From positions 31,393,036-31,457,035 of the forward strand of contig NC_090401.1 in NCBI RefSeq assembly GCF_036365525.1: a stretch of DNA of 64,000 nt, read 5' to 3'. The translations under genes were made by a program, and so were the position numbers. Origin of the DNA: Heterodontus francisci. Lineage: Eukaryota. The notes beneath the pieces were generated by a model. That model ran no database searches and was not told the origin of the DNA. It worked only from the letters and a program-made list of their open reading frames with translations. Positions 24,706 through 38,661 of the stretch are shown piece after piece (position 1 is the stretch's first letter; each line of letters begins with the position of its first letter).

Positions 24706-26619
24706 TATTGTGAAGACTGGCAGTTGGGAAGTGCAAATCAAAGGCAAAAAACTCCAAGGCAGCAGAAGTGACCTCTTAAGTATTGGAAATCACCTCCCAA
24801 GCAGTGAAAGCACACTCTCAGAATAAGTCCTGTGAGCAAAAACTTAGGCAATGAAGCAGGTGTCATATCTCAGTATTTAAAGCCTCTCTTACCTGCCAAT
24901 TGCTCAGCCCCATCCATTCCTGCCGTCCTCTGACCTTGTTTTACCCGGCGAGTTCCCAGGAAATGTGTTCACTCAGAATTGAAAACAGAATCCTGGGTTA
25001 AAGCAGCAGCTAATGATTGTTTTACATATTTAAATGGCAGACCCATCTGTCCCACGGGAGTTTCCCACACACTCAGGTTAAAAGTGAAAGTTGGCTGGTT
25101 CCTGCTGGCAGTTTCTACTGTTTTAACTTGCCACCCACACAGAAACTCTTGACAGGTTAAAATTCCTCCTGATAACTTTCAAATGAACATATGGTTTATA
25201 TGCCACTCAATGCACTGACCATACGCCATTCAATCAGGCCAGCCTCTCATGTTATATACATCGTAAAGCACTACTGCTCATTGTGTGCCCTCTCTATCAA
25301 TACTGAATCAAAATATACCAGTGACGTTCACACTCTAAAAGTTCCCATGCATATTCATGACCCTTCATCTATGTTGCTCAATCAAAAAAAAACTTCCAAT
25401 TACTTTCCTAAGTCTCTTACATTTAATCTTGTAGTTCTGTCCCCTTGTTCCAATCATTGGAAAGAGTCTATTTCTATTGACTCTCTCCCATCCCTTCACC
25501 TCTTTATCATATCATCTCATAATCACCTCCGTCCTAATTGAAACAGCCTAATAGTTCAAGTCATTCTTCATATCTATATCCTCATAACAGGCAACATTCT
25601 CCTGAATCTGCACTATTACCACAACATTCTTCCTTGAATGTTCCGTTCCAAACTGCATTCAATACCCCAACTGTGGCTTTACTAAGGTTTAACATAGATT
25701 CAGAATTACATCTAGACTTTCATATCCTGTGGGCTAGAAATTGGATAGCCCCGTTTTATAGGAGCAGGAAGTCATGACACTCGAAATGAGGTGGGCAGCA
25801 CGTAAAATTGGTGCACTCACCTCATCTCCCTGATTTTAGTATGGCCCTGAGCGGCTCCCACACTGAACTGCTCTCTGTAGTACTGCCAGCAGCATCTGTG
25901 CATCGCAGGGGACCGAGTTGGGTTCTGAACTAACCACATGCTCCAGACACCCTTGCCTTTTTAAATGCTGATAACAATGCACACCAAGATGGTTGGTGCA
26001 TTGGCAGACCTGTTAGACTGCCTCCAGTCAATGGCTAGGAGCATGGAGGAGTCCTGGCATTGCATCAGCCCTTTGGGTCACTGACGTCATGATAGCTACC
26101 ATTCAGGTCTTCAGACACACGCAGTCGGCCAAATGGGCCGCATGGTGTCACTAGAAGCGAGAACTGAATTTCATGTCCTAATCCTTTTGTCATGAACCCA
26201 GTTTTCCATTAGCTGTTTTACCGGCCTTATCCATTTGAGGTGGTACTTTAGCATTTTGTGAATCTGAATCCCCAAACCTCTTTGCTCTTCCACATTACTC
26301 ACCATTCCACGATTCAAATTCTAATTATTACTTTGGTTATTTGTTTTGTTGAAATGTACCACTTCGCATTTACTGACATTGAATTCTATCTGCCATGTTT
26401 TGCCCAATTTTATTAATATCCCCTTGCACTTTCCTTTATTTCTCAGAATTATTCACTTTCCATTCTATTTTAGTATTGTCTAAAAATTTGGACACCAGAC
26501 TCAGTAGCCCTCTTTCCAAATCATTGATGTACACAGCTAACAGAAGCGGACTGAATGCCATACCCTTTTCCAATCACACTGAGAAACTATTCTGTTCTAT
26601 TCTGTTTTCTTTCTTTCAG

Positions 26620-26890
26620 TGTTCGCCAGAGCTGGCGGGCAGCCATAAAGACAGGGCTAAAATGTGGCGAGTCGAAGAGACTTAGTAGTTGGCAGGAAAA
26701 AAGACAAAGGCGCAAGGGGAGAGCCAATTGTGCAACAGCCCCGACAAACAAATTTCTCTGCAGCACCTGTGGAAGAGCCTGTCACTCTAGAATTGGCCTT
26801 TATAGCCACTCCAGGCGCTGCTTCACAAACCACTGACCACCTCCAGGCGCGTATCCATTGTCTCTCGAGATAAGGAGGCCCAAAAAAGAA
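26620..26890 (+). mobile_element. Young RTE-clade LINE 3' end encoding a C-terminal zinc finger
   Basis: Open frame RQSWRAAIK...FLCSTCGRACHSRIGLYSHSRRC-FTNH-stop; CpG-rich; short 3' UTR ending aaagaag; sits inside an old minus-strand LINE remnant (~26340-27200). Confidence 0.85.
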
Positions 26891-27474
26891 GTCGGCTTTT
26901 AATCTAGTTTAATACCTTTCCCCTAATTCCCCTTAATATTCTCTCATATTCTTGTGTTTGGTACTTTGTCAAAGGATTTCTAAATGTGTACATCAAATCC
27001 ATTGCATGCCCCCCATCCACTTGTTACCTCAAAGAATTTGGTTAAGTTTGTCAAGCATAATCTTCCTTTCTGAAATCTGTATTGGTTGCTTCAAATTATG
27101 TTCTTTTCACCTAGATGTTGAGTAATTTTAGCTTTAATTAAAGACTGTAATCTTCCCCCCACCACGAATGGCTTGTAATTACTCAGGTTAATTCTGTTTC
27201 TCATAGAATTCATCAAAACCATCTGGAGGAGGATACATGAAAGCCAGGAGCCTTGGGGTGGGATGGGAGGGGGGATAAATGGGAGAAAACAATGATCCTG
27301 AAAAAAATTCTGTGCAAACCTTTAGCATGTTGAGGGCGCAGCATGTGAGGTTTTATGAAGAGTTAAGCTGTAAAATGAATCTTTAAAAAATTAAGAGGAA
27401 ATGTGGAATTTTTGAACCTACTTCAGCAAAACTGCATCCCAGTTCTTAATCTCAATTGTGTTAGAACAGGACTA

Positions 27475-27680
27475 AAACTATAGAATGATGTGCAGAAGGA
27501 GGCCATTCATCCCATCACGCCAGTGCTGGCTGTTTGTCAGAACAATTCAATTAGTCCCACTCCCCTGCTCATCCACATAGACCAGCAACTTTTTCCTTTT
27601 CAAGTATTTATCCAATTCCCTTTTAAAAGGGCATGCATTCCAGATTGCAACTATTTGCTGCACTGTTTTCCCCTTGTGTT
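27475..27680 (-). mobile_element. Old CR1-like 3' fragment
   Basis: FKRELDKYLKRK motif in ORF 27547..27768 and a tail-like ggaggccattca. Confidence 0.7.
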
Positions 27681-28214
27681 GGCTCTGGTTCTTTTTGATA
27701 ATTAGTCTGGAGCCAGAGCCCTTTGGTCTATCAATAGGCGTAGTGACATCGATATTCATTGAATACATCCTGTAAAAGGGAGGAATTATACCTTCAATAA
27801 AGGAACAGTTTCAGTTTGAACTCTGGTAGGTAAAGGGTACAAAGCTTGACGGTCATATTAGGATGGATTTGCTTCAAAAGTTATGAATTTTATCTAAAGA
27901 CCTGCCTTGTTTTACAGTGTATTCAAGTCTTAGATCCCTGAAGCGTTGTCACAACAACCAGTTATCTCCATCAATGCCACTGCTAGCATTGAATTACATG
28001 TTCTCAACAACGGAGCCTTTGAGTGTAGGACAACTGTCTCCAGACATCAATTGTCCACAATCACCAGAGGGATTTTTCTTTATAATTTTGCACAAAAGGT
28101 GATTATTAAATCAGTTGATTAAGATCAATTTATCTTCATACAAAAGTTCCAAACTTTTTTTTTTGAATGGTGTAATGTAATGCTTGTCTCAGGAATAAAG
28201 TCAGAAGCTGATTT

Positions 28215-28690
28215 CTGTTGTACCACACCTTACAAAGAATGTACAGGCATTGGAGGGAGCGGAGCAATAATTGACCAGGGTTAATCCCAAAACTAAATGG
28301 AATTAGCTATGATGAGAAACTGGGTAAACTTTGGTGACATTCCCCACTGATGAAGAGGTTATGGGTAATCCAAATAGGGTATTTTAAGTAATGAAGGGAA
28401 CAGACAGGGTAGATAGGGGATGAATATTCCTTCTGGTGGAGCAAAGAAGCATGATCTAAAACCAGAAGGAAGTCAGTTAGAAAAAAGAACAGAAAAAAAA
28501 TGTTTTATGCAAAGATTTGTGAGAATGTAGAATGCACTGCCCACAATGCCATTATCCAGAACGAATTAAGGTGTCCAAAAGGGAGATAGTTACTTACCCT
28601 GGAAGTAAAGAACATAGGAGAATATGGTAAATGGCCGAGGAAATGGATGAAATGCTTGTCAAGACTTGCAAAATGGTGGAACAGGATCAT
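28215..28690 (+). mobile_element. Highly decayed CR1-like 3' fragment
   Basis: gaatgtacaggcattggagggag...ttttaagtaatgaagggaacagacagggtagatagg...tgtagaatgcactgcc resemble the CR1 ORF2 end. Confidence 0.6.
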
Positions 28691-29420
28691 CGGACCCTTT
28701 ATATTACATTCTTCTTTATATTACATTCACTTGTATCAGTCATAAAATTGAATTATTATAATACATCTCTCCTCTATATTAGATTGAGAGGCATAAAATT
28801 GTAATTTATCGATAAAAGCTTACAGGAATTAATGGAAAATGATTCCAATATTTTACATCTTTAGCAAACTTGAAGCACTGGAAGGCTTGCATAAATATAA
28901 TTACAGAGGAGAAGCCTGTGCAATTGCAGAGGTAACGTTATCCAGAATGATTCTAGAAACAGTTTATTGTGGGTGCTGTACCATTAAGCGCAGCTGACTT
29001 GTTTATACTGCAGTCACTGCATAAAAGCTCAGGGGAGGAGAAAAAGCAACAACTTGTTTGTGTGTAATCACTTGATAAAATTTGCTTCATTGCATTTACG
29101 CCATAAGAAAATGTGGTTTCTTGGCAACACAGCCTTATGGAATAAGTATTGCAATGTTGTACTGGAAGTTGGATTAAAGTACTGTTCGTTACTTGCAAAA
29201 ATGATTTGGAGCTCACTGTCTGTGGAGTTTGCATTTATACAGTATTTACATTAAAGACTTTAAAACCTACTCTAGATTTACCTTGAATAAACATGTCTGG
29301 TATAAATGGAACTAAAAACACTCAAATCAGTGGCTGGTTAGTACAGGTTGACCCTGATACACCTAGAATGCCCTTCTCACTGTCTCTGAAGAGAAATACT
29401 GCTCATCTTACAAAGATAAA

Positions 29421-29571
29421 GGGGTGAAATTCAACCTTGGCGAGAATGCAAATTGTGTGGTAGTGACTCGGATCAGAGTTATATACCCTGCCCAATTTTT
29501 CTTTCAATTGAATTAGTGTCCCATTCACTACTGTGTGCTTTGTGCCCTTATCCAAGTTGAATTTCACTCCC
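29421..29571. mobile_element. 151-bp MITE (Harbinger/Tourist-like)
   Basis: TIRs ggggtgaaattcaaccttgg and ccaagttgaatttcactccc; aaa on both flanks (possible 3-bp TSD). Confidence 0.78.
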
Positions 29572-31059
29572 AAAGAACGTGGAATGCAGTCCCCAGAAGG
29601 CTACAGATATGAAATGAATTGAAGTAAAATGCACCTTTGTAGCGTGATATTGAACCATGAGGACCTAGAGCATTCCAAATCCCATCCCTCGTCTGTGATG
29701 AGTTAGCCTCTGCACTACAATTGCCCTCAATGTTTTCAAGCTACATGGGGGGAAATCAAGATTGTGATTCCTCATTATTGTCTTGTGACCCCTGATATGA
29801 AGTATGTGTACATAAACATCAGGTAAAGGTAAAATCAGGATTGGTTGTGATGCTCCCAAGGTTGAATAGGTTGCTCACACTTACTCTTTGCATTCAGCCA
29901 TAAAGAGTGACTGCTGGAACAAGGTACTGGATGTCTTCACGCACCTATCTACCTGCAGGACAATAAGGGAGAAACCTAGGGAAAGGAAGGGACAAAAATA
30001 TTACTCCAGCGTTACTTTCATAACTCTGAATTACTGTTGTCCCTCCCCCACTGAACCCACCACTGTCTGAAGTTATGATCAATGCATTTACACAGCACAA
30101 TAATCCATAATTTTATTGACACATCAAATCCTATTCGTTGAATCAAGGAATTCTTCCCAATAAAGCTATTTTTCAACAATCTATACATATATTCCCAAAG
30201 GTGCTGAGCACGGTTTTTGCTGCATTTGGTGGACATTAAGTCACTTTTTTTGTTAAACAAGCAGCACTTCCTGTGTTGTTTATAAAGCATTCCAAGAATG
30301 TGAGTGGATGAAGGTAAAAGAGGTCTGAGTAAATCATAATGGCCTATTTAATTTTCTATGTTGGACCAATAATTTCAAAAAGTATTGAACTTGCAGTGAA
30401 CAGGCGAGAAAATTAAATGTGATCATTTAGACACTTCAAATAATATTTAATAAATAGCATCACGATTTAGATATTTTATTATTCAAAGTAGATTTACAGC
30501 TCTACCAGGTCTGTACAGCTACAAAACACGTAGGTAATTTTATATACTATCTATTGTGATATTACTATTTCAGATCTGCCAACATTGTGTGTGACTAGTC
30601 TTTTTCTACATCGAATGTCTTGATCTAATCTCCAAGTGAGTGGCCAGAATCTAAGCATTAGCTATCGTTCCTCCTTCCAAATAGGACTTACTTCTCAATT
30701 GATTTTTAAATGAGTTATTTTCTTGTCCGTTTTCTCCATTCCCCTCTTCTCTACAAATGCTAATGAAACCTTGTTGAGGTACAACTTGACAGTGCCATTC
30801 ATGAATGTGGGAAATCATAAGACGTTGAGGTGTCTGATTTGCCTGAGTTGTCTGAACTGAAACCAGTGCATGTGCAGAGAAATTCTTGTAAACAGGAGCA
30901 GAATTTAGAATATTTGGTTTCATCTTTCTGATGTTTTGTATCAGAACAAGAACATTATAGAATGTTTCAATCATCAATTGCATCAATTCTAGAGGTGACA
31001 GATATGAAGTGATTGAAACTGGAAGTCAAGATTCTTGTGCGATCAGCCACTGTTGTTAG

Positions 31060-31500
31060 GAACATAGGAATACAGGAACAGGAGTAGGCCATTTAGCCCC
31101 TCAAACCTGTTCCATCATTCAATCATATAACTCCTCCTCCTCCCCACTTTGGACAGCCTCCAACTCCAAGGTGCTATGGCCCACATTCCTGCTGTCCTTC
31201 CCATAGTCTTTATCCGTATCCTCACAGGTAACAAGTACATTGCTGGATAGAATCGGTTTCTGCAGATCCCATTTCTCTATTCGGGTTTCCCTTACTCTGT
31301 CCACTATGGGGCACATTAACCCTGTTCTGAACCTGCATCTCTCCACGAGGGGTCACCTGCACCTCTCTATGAGGTGTGACCGTAGCCTGGAGCAAACTGT
31401 TCAGATACTGCCCTCCATACCCTCCCTTATGTGTCGGAGTGTCTCTAAATCACATTGCGGATCAATGACTCTCAACCTACTGCATATGTATTCACTCTGA
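31060..31500 (-). mobile_element. CR1-like remnant: 3' tail (31060-31125) next to a probable ORF1/5' region piece
   Basis: aggaacaggagtaggccatttagcccctc matches the tail at 40073-40140; the upstream part is only weakly recognisable. Confidence 0.5.
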
Positions 31501-32539
31501 ATAGTCTGTCCACAAACTCTTGCATACTATAGTCCAGACACGCAAGCTGCTCTGCTATATCTGAGTCTAGATTGTTTTTATCTACTTTTTAGTTTGTTGT
31601 AAGTTGTAATCTGAAAAGTAAAATTATCGTGTTGAATTTGTACACCAGACTAAAATTTCTGAGCCTCAGTTCTGCTCCCAGAACAAGTCAGGGGCTTCAG
31701 ACCAAAGAAGAGCTATGTTGATAATGCAGTCATTTCTCCGCAGAACCTAATTTCTGTGACATTATATGGCCTTGAGTGACAAGCCCCACCAATTTTAATG
31801 TTTCAGAATGTCACTTCCAATATTGCAACACATGATAGAAAGGAAATAAACAACTTGTGGCAAGAACTTTAACATCAGAAGAGCAGAGAATCTGTGATGC
31901 CACAAACTACATAAATCGCATCTTCCAAATTTTAACCTAAATACAGAAACGCACAGGTTGTTTTTTTCATGGATTCCAGGGAAATAGCCTCTGTGAGTAA
32001 ATAATATTTTGATTTAGCCAGGCTGATTACTTAACAGAGAGTGCTACTGTTTTACTTTACTGTAACTATTGTGGATATTCTTTCCTTCAGTCCCATGAGT
32101 TTAGGTATGTTAACATCAGTAACATGTGTATAGTGTTAATCCCAACAGTCTGTACCATAAAAATAAAACATTTCAGTTCCTTAGGAGCACACAGAGGCAT
32201 TGCACATGGTTGAGCTGCAATCTCCTGAAAGCTACAGATCAAATTCCAGAGTACAGCTTCTCACGAACTACTGAATATAAATGCAAATAAGATCTGTTCT
32301 TATTGCCTTAGATTTCAAGTAGAATTTCTTCAGTTAATAGAAAAATGCATTCTTTAAGCAGCACTTCCCTAAAGGCATTGCCATTGTAGAGTATGATTCC
32401 ATGGACATCAATGATCTTCCAGTAGCACCTTCAGTGAACATTGGATGAAGGCAGAATTGGGTTTGGCCTCCTAAGGTTGAATAGCTTGCTGATTCTCACC
32501 ATCCAGTTCACATCTGAAGAATGGTGACATACATGGGTA

Positions 32540-33620
32540 TGTAGTATTTATAGTACAGAAACAAACCATTGGGCCCAACTGGTCTGTGCCAGTGTATATG
32601 TTCCACCTGAGCCTCCTCCCTCCCCCTTCTTCATCTAACCCCATCAACATATCCTTCCTTTCTTCTTCATGTGTTTATCTCATTTCCCCTTAAATGCATC
32701 CTGCTAGTTGCTTCAACTACTCCTTCTGGTAGTGAGTTCCGCATTCTCAACATTCTCTGGGTGAAGAAGTTTCTCCTGAATTCTCTATTGGATTTATTAG
32801 TGACTATCTTATATTTAAGATTTCCAATGCTTGTCTCACCCTCAAGTGGAAACATCTCTATTTCTGCCCTATCAAGCTCTTTCATAATCTTAAAGACATC
32901 TATCAGGCCACAGCTCACTTTTCTAGAGAAAAGAGCCTCAGCTGTTCAATCATTCTGGAAAGGAATAACTTCTCAGTTTTCGTGTCACTCTGGTAAATCT
33001 TTTTACACCTTCTGCATTGCTCCTCTATCCTTTCTCTGCCAAACTGTTCACAGTACTCCAAGTGTGGACTAACCAAGGCCCTATATAAGTTTAACATAAC
33101 TTCTTTACTTCTTCTGGCACTATTCCTTTTTCTAATTAATTTTTACATATATGTAATTGTGCCTCTCTTCCCTAACTTCTTTTAATATGCAGGGATATAA
33201 TCTATCGAAACAAGGGGTTTCATCCTTTCTAAACTTTATTCATCAATTATCCCCTTCCTTTCTATCTGAAATACCTTTTTTGATCTTTGCTTCTAATGTC
33301 ATGTCCACCATGTTAGTCTACCTGGTAAATACCAAGGCAAAGTAGTTATTTAATATATCTACCATTTTGCTGTCATTAACTGTAAGTTTATCATGTGTAT
33401 CCCTTAGTGACCCCATCCCTTTGCTGATTTTTCTTTTGTTACTTATGTATCTGTAGGATATTTTACTATTCCCTTTTATATTCCTTGATAATTTCATTTT
33501 TTTCTCTTTGCCTTCCTAATTGTTCTTTTGACTTCTTACCTAACCTTTTCATATTCTCTTTAATCATCCTCTGTTTTGCTGTCTATGTACATAGTGTATG
33601 TCTTTTTCTTTAGTTTCTTA
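32540..33620 (-). mobile_element. CR1-like LINE fragments (3' end plus an upstream ORF2 piece)
   Basis: ORFs LIDVFKIMKELDR...RRNFFTQR and LYRALVSPHLEYC. Confidence 0.82.
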
Positions 33621-33624
33621 CATG

Positions 33625-33821
33625 GAAGAAGAAAACTGGAGGCCATCAATTTAAGATAGTCACTAAGAAATCAAAAAGTGAATTCAGAAGAAACTTCTTT
33701 ACCCAGAGAGAGGTAAGAATGTGGAACTCATTACCATAGGGAATAGTTGAGGCAAATAGTATAGATGCTTTGAAGGAGAGGCTAGATAAGCATATGAGGG
33801 AGAAAGGAAAAGAATTAAAAC
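33625..33821 (+). mobile_element. CR1-like 3' fragment that hosts the Gypsy insertion
   Basis: gaattcagaagaaacttctttacccagaga...gctagataagcatatgagggagaaagg; appears to resume as aaaactatgct after the 3' LTR. Confidence 0.78.
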
Positions 33822-34090
33822 TGTCATACAAGGATGTAAAGGGTTAATACTGAAGACAATGAGAGAGAGAGACCCCTCACACTGTACAAGCGATGATGTA
33901 ACAGTCACATCAGATAGGCTTGAGAAAAAGATAGTATAGCAGGATGAAGGATGCTAGCTTAGGTGGCTTGCAGAGAGTGTATATAGTAAGTGAAAATAAT
34001 AAAAAATTATTAGTTAACCTTTAGCGGAGTCTAAGACTTTCTCTAGAATGCCCTACAATGCTACTAATACAAATACAACTAAACCCAACA
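33822..34090 (+). repeat. Gypsy 5' LTR (269 bp)
   Basis: Direct repeat of 39046-39310; contains gtatatag and aataaa. Confidence 0.93.
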
Positions 34091-34785
34091 TGGTGGCTGT
34101 GGTAAAACAACAGTAAAACAGCGGTAAATTAATAGTAAACGAGCGATGAAAGTGACCAGGAGAATTTGAAAATCTCCTTACGTTTGGAAGAAACACCAGA
34201 TGAACAACAGAGAAATTTAAAGAGAAATACTGGCCCGGTACAGTAAGAAAACTACTTATCTGCAGAAGGGGCTATGAAGAGCTCCGCAGCTGTGGTGAGT
34301 CAGAGCACAGAAATACAGGCTGTACCACAGAACAGAAGCATGGTGGGCTGCATGTAGAATCCAGTGATAGGGTGAGTCACAATTCCAATGGTCGGGGATC
34401 GCGTTAAAAGCCTTTGAGAAGCTTCCAGTAGTTTTCTTAAGGCATCGTGCTCAGGGAGAAAAAACAGGGGAAAGCCCAATCCTTCACTAGGGCTAAACAT
34501 GAGGGTAATGAGTGGGAAGACCCCGAAAAGTGTGCAAACTCCTGAAAAGCGGGAGGAAACCCCAAAACAGCAGGAACACCGCCATTAAGGCAACAAAGCC
34601 TGAAAAAAAACAGTGAATTTCTCAGACAAAGGGGAAAACCCTAAAAAGCCTATTACAACAGCAGGGAACTCTCATAAACAGCTGGCACACCTCCGTTAAG
34701 CCAGCCAAGCCCAAAAAGAAAACAAACAAGCAGAATTTCTTAAAAGGGGAACACGCTAAAAAAAAAGTCTATTAAAGAAAACAAT

Positions 34786-37700
34786 ATGGATCCAAAATTG
34801 GGAATACTTGAGAGTTTCCAGAATCAAGAGGGACCCAATCAGATTCAAAATTAGCGATCATGGAGAAAAAAGGTTCCTAAGGTTTAGAATTGCTTCGCAA
34901 CTCCATACAAAATCTGAAGTGGAACAAGTGAATACCCTTCTACACTCAGCAGGGCCGATTCTGGACTATGCAATTGTCTGACCAGGGATCAATGAGGCTA
35001 CCAATAAATTCGAAGAGGTACTCCAAGCCTTTGATAAATATTTTAATCTCTGTACCAATAGAATCTTGGAAAGAGCCAAATTTAATAAGCAGACACAGAT
35101 GATTGGTGAATCTGTAGACTCCTATATTAATGAGCTTTATAGATTGGCAGAAGGTTGTGAAAATGGTGAATTAAAGGCAGAACTAATCAGAGACAGGATA
35201 GTTGTCAGCATAGCGGATGAATCCTTGTTGGACCTGCTGGAAAGCAAGGAAGACCTTACACTGGAAAAGGCCATTTAATTTGTAAGACAGACTGAAGTTC
35301 ACAAAAAGAATAGGGACATCCTATGAGCTGAAGACAAGCCATGGATGAGAAGGAGTCCAATCCCTATCCAACTGTTAAGCCAAAGCCAGGGAAACACTTT
35401 GAGGAACAGAAAAAACATACAGGTGAGACGATGCAGGAAATAAGACAATCTTGCCAACATCGTGGAGCCAAGAAGATCCACAGACGAGAGCAATGCCCAG
35501 CAAGTAAAGCTGAGTGCTTTACTTGTGGAAAAACTGGACACTATGGGAAAATGTGCCATAGAAAAATTTCTTTGCTTCAAGGTACAAAGCAGAAGACCTT
35601 CATTCAAACAGCAGCCAATCAAGCACAGCAATACTCACAAGAGAAAGAACCAGGAGCATTCTTGTCAGAAATCAGTAACCAGACCAAGATTTCTGGACAG
35701 CAGACATCTACGTGAATGGACACCTCAGGAATTCTAAGCTCGACACAGGGGCTAGCATCACGGTATTGTCTGACCAAAAGCCTTGCATGAAGAGACATTA
35801 CTTGCAACCAACAGATATACAGTTGCATGGTCCAACTGCGAATAAAAAGCAAACTCCAAGCAACTCCTTCAGCATAAAAGAAGACAACTGGCAGAGATCG
35901 TATATGTCTTACACAATCAAGAATTTTCTTTACTGAGCAGGAATGCATGTTTACAATTGCAATTGATTAAAAAGGTAGCCGAAGTCAAGCAAACAAAGGT
36001 AAACAATTCTTTTCAAATTCCTGAAGCTGTTCACAGGGCTCATAAACCAAAAGACAGAGTACAGGATCACTCTGAAGTAAGGGGCCAGACCAGTCTATAT
36101 CTTCACACCAAGAAGAGTACCTCATCCCTTATTAACCAAAGTCCAAGAACAATTGGAGGAGATGACAAGAACGGACATTATCTCTCCGGTAACACAAGCA
36201 ACTGACTGGTGTTCAGCCATAGTTACTGTCTTGAAGCCAAATGGAACTCTGCAAATATGCATGGACTTAACGTAGCTCAACAAAACAGTAGCACGTGAGA
36301 TTTACTCAATGTCTATGGTGGATGATAGTTTATCGAAACTCTCTCAGAGCACCATGTTTACAAAACCCGATGCCAATATTGGGTTTTGGCAGGTACCCCT
36401 GGATGAGACCTCAATGTTATTGACTACATTCATAACACCTTTTGGGCAGTTTTGTTTTAATAGGTTACCATTTGGAATAATCTCCTCACCAGCGATTTTT
36501 CAATGATCAATGTCCAATACCCTAGAAGGGCTCACAGGAGTGATATACCATATGGATGATATTTTGATACACAGGAAGTCAGTAGAGGAACATGGCCACA
36601 AAGACAGAAAGGTTCTAAAGAGACTTTAAACGGGAAGTGTGAATTTTCCAATACTTCCATTCATTTCTTGGGCCACATTGTGAGCAGAGGAGGAATAATG
36701 GCAAATCCTCAGAAAACAAGGGCCATTAAGGAATTTCCTATCCCTACAACAGTTCAGCAACTCCAGAGATTTCTCAGAATGGTATATCAACTAGAAAAGT
36801 TTTTACCTCACTTAGCACAAATAATCAATCTGCGAAGACAAACTTTAACAAAACAGCAAGTGTGGTGTTGGGATGCCCGCCCATCAGGAACAAGCATTTC
36901 CAGAAAATTAAAGAGATGCTAATTTCTCCAGACATGTTGGCACACGACAATCCTACACTGCCTACAACAATAGCAGCAGACGCCTCGTCAGATGGCTTGG
37001 GTGCTGTTCTTTTCCAGGAGCAACCTGATGGTTCCCGTAAATCCATATTCTATGCGTCAAGAGCACTGTCAGATACAGGGACATGCTACACAGTTATCAA
37101 AAAAGAAGCTCTAGCTGTCACATGGGCGTGTGAAAAATTTTCAGACTACATCATTGGAATACGTGTGATAATCTAGACAGACCACAAGCCATTGGTTTCT
37201 TTATTAGATGAAAAGAAATAGCAAAAAGGCCTCCATGTATACAAAACTTTCGTCTCAGATTAATGAGATACACATACGAAGCTGTATAGGTCCAAGGGAA
37301 GTTCCAATCGTCAGCCGATGCGCTATTGAGGGCAACTGTAGAACATCCATCACAGGAAGACCTGAATTTCGTAGGTGACATAGAGTCATACTTGCAATAC
37401 ACAGCACAAGGTTGGCCAGCAAGCACACAGAAGTTGCAAGAAGCACAGAAGAATGACAAAGAATGCATTTGCATTCTTTACCATAATTGACGACTTATTA
37501 GTTTACATTGAGATCCGATATCTTAGATTGATTATGGCAAGGCCATTTGGGTATAACCAAGTGCAGAGCGAGGGCACAATCTTCAGTATGGTGGCCTGGG
37601 ATATCTAAGGATATTGAGACCATGATCAACAACTGTCAGACATACGCGATACAAAGGCCAGAACAGCGCGAGCCACTGTTAACTACCCAATTTCCAATTT

Positions 37701-38540
37701 TCCTCGGGAAAGACTAGTCATGGATTTATTCATGTTTGGTGGAAAGTCATATATCATCATTATCGACTACTTTTCCAGGTGGGTAGAAGTCCAACAATTA
37801 CATTCTATGACTACTGAGGTAGTTATCATAGTCATCTTCGCAACACATGGAATTCTGGATGAAATATTATCAGACAATGGACCACAGTTTGCGAACAAAT
37901 ATTTTACCCAGTTTGGCGTGAAAGTAGGCTTTTAGCATCTTACGAGCTCACCAACATATCCACAGTCCAATGGCAAGGCAGAACAAGGTGTGAGAACCAG
38001 AAAATCTTTACTTAAGAAAAATGAAGATCTTCCTTTCTCATTCCTAGTTTATCACTCAATACCACTGCTGTGCAGATTATCACCAGCAGAATTACTGATG
38101 GGAAGAAAGTTAAGAACGCAGCTTCCAGTATTGCCTCAACAATTAACACCTGGATTGAAGATTCAAGACTACGAGAAAGTTTAAGAAAGAGAAAATGCCT
38201 ACAGAAGGAAACAAACCTGGAATTACAATAGGAGATTTCAAGTGAAAAGCTTACCCAAATTAAACAATGGTCAAAAAGTTTGGATACGTGGACCAGGAAG
38301 GAGAAGGTACAAAATCCATAAACATGAGGACTATCAGCAATCACGTGTTATACGAATGAATGAAGGGAACATAACAAAGGAATTGGAGCAATATCATTCC
38401 TATTCTGCAAAAGCAACAGCCAGTAATTCCATCTGCAAGATCCAGATGAAGAGGAACAAACCCAAACTGAAAGGAATACGACAACCTGTAGAAATTAAAA
38501 ACAAGTCAGCAACCCAGACTTCCTACGAAGTCTACTGATC
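34786..38540 (+). pseudogene. Gypsy gag-pol with many stops and frameshifts
   Basis: Gag ELIRDRIVV...LTLEKAI; zinc knuckle CFTCGKTGHYGKMC preceded by a degenerate second knuckle; protease LDTGASITV; RT FWQVPLD...FNRLPFG...YHMDDILI; RNase H ADASSDGLGAVL...KEALAVTWACEKF; integrase DLF...IDYFSRW...SDNGPQF. Confidence 0.93.
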
Positions 38541-38661
38541 GCCCCAGAGAGATTACAACCAGATCGGGGAGAGTTGCCAAACCTCTGATGAGACTGAATC
38601 TGTAAAGTCAGAGACCTGGGGAGAATGAGAGAGTTGTAGAGAAGTCATAAATGTATATATA

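Noticed and set aside
24545-24757. Glutamine-rich ORF and the opposite-strand poly-Leu 'transmembrane' ORF (24329..24682)
   Set aside because: Low-complexity (CAG/CTG-rich) segment at the N-terminal end of the Harbinger transposase relic.
30490-30640. Plus-strand AG...GT-bounded segments resembling small exons
   Set aside because: The longer segment (~30574-30635) has stops in all three frames; no supporting evidence from sequence alone.
32660-33820. Inverted similarity between ~32670-32830 and ~33640-33810 as a designed hairpin or TIR pair
   Set aside because: Explained by two oppositely oriented, diverged CR1 3' fragments.
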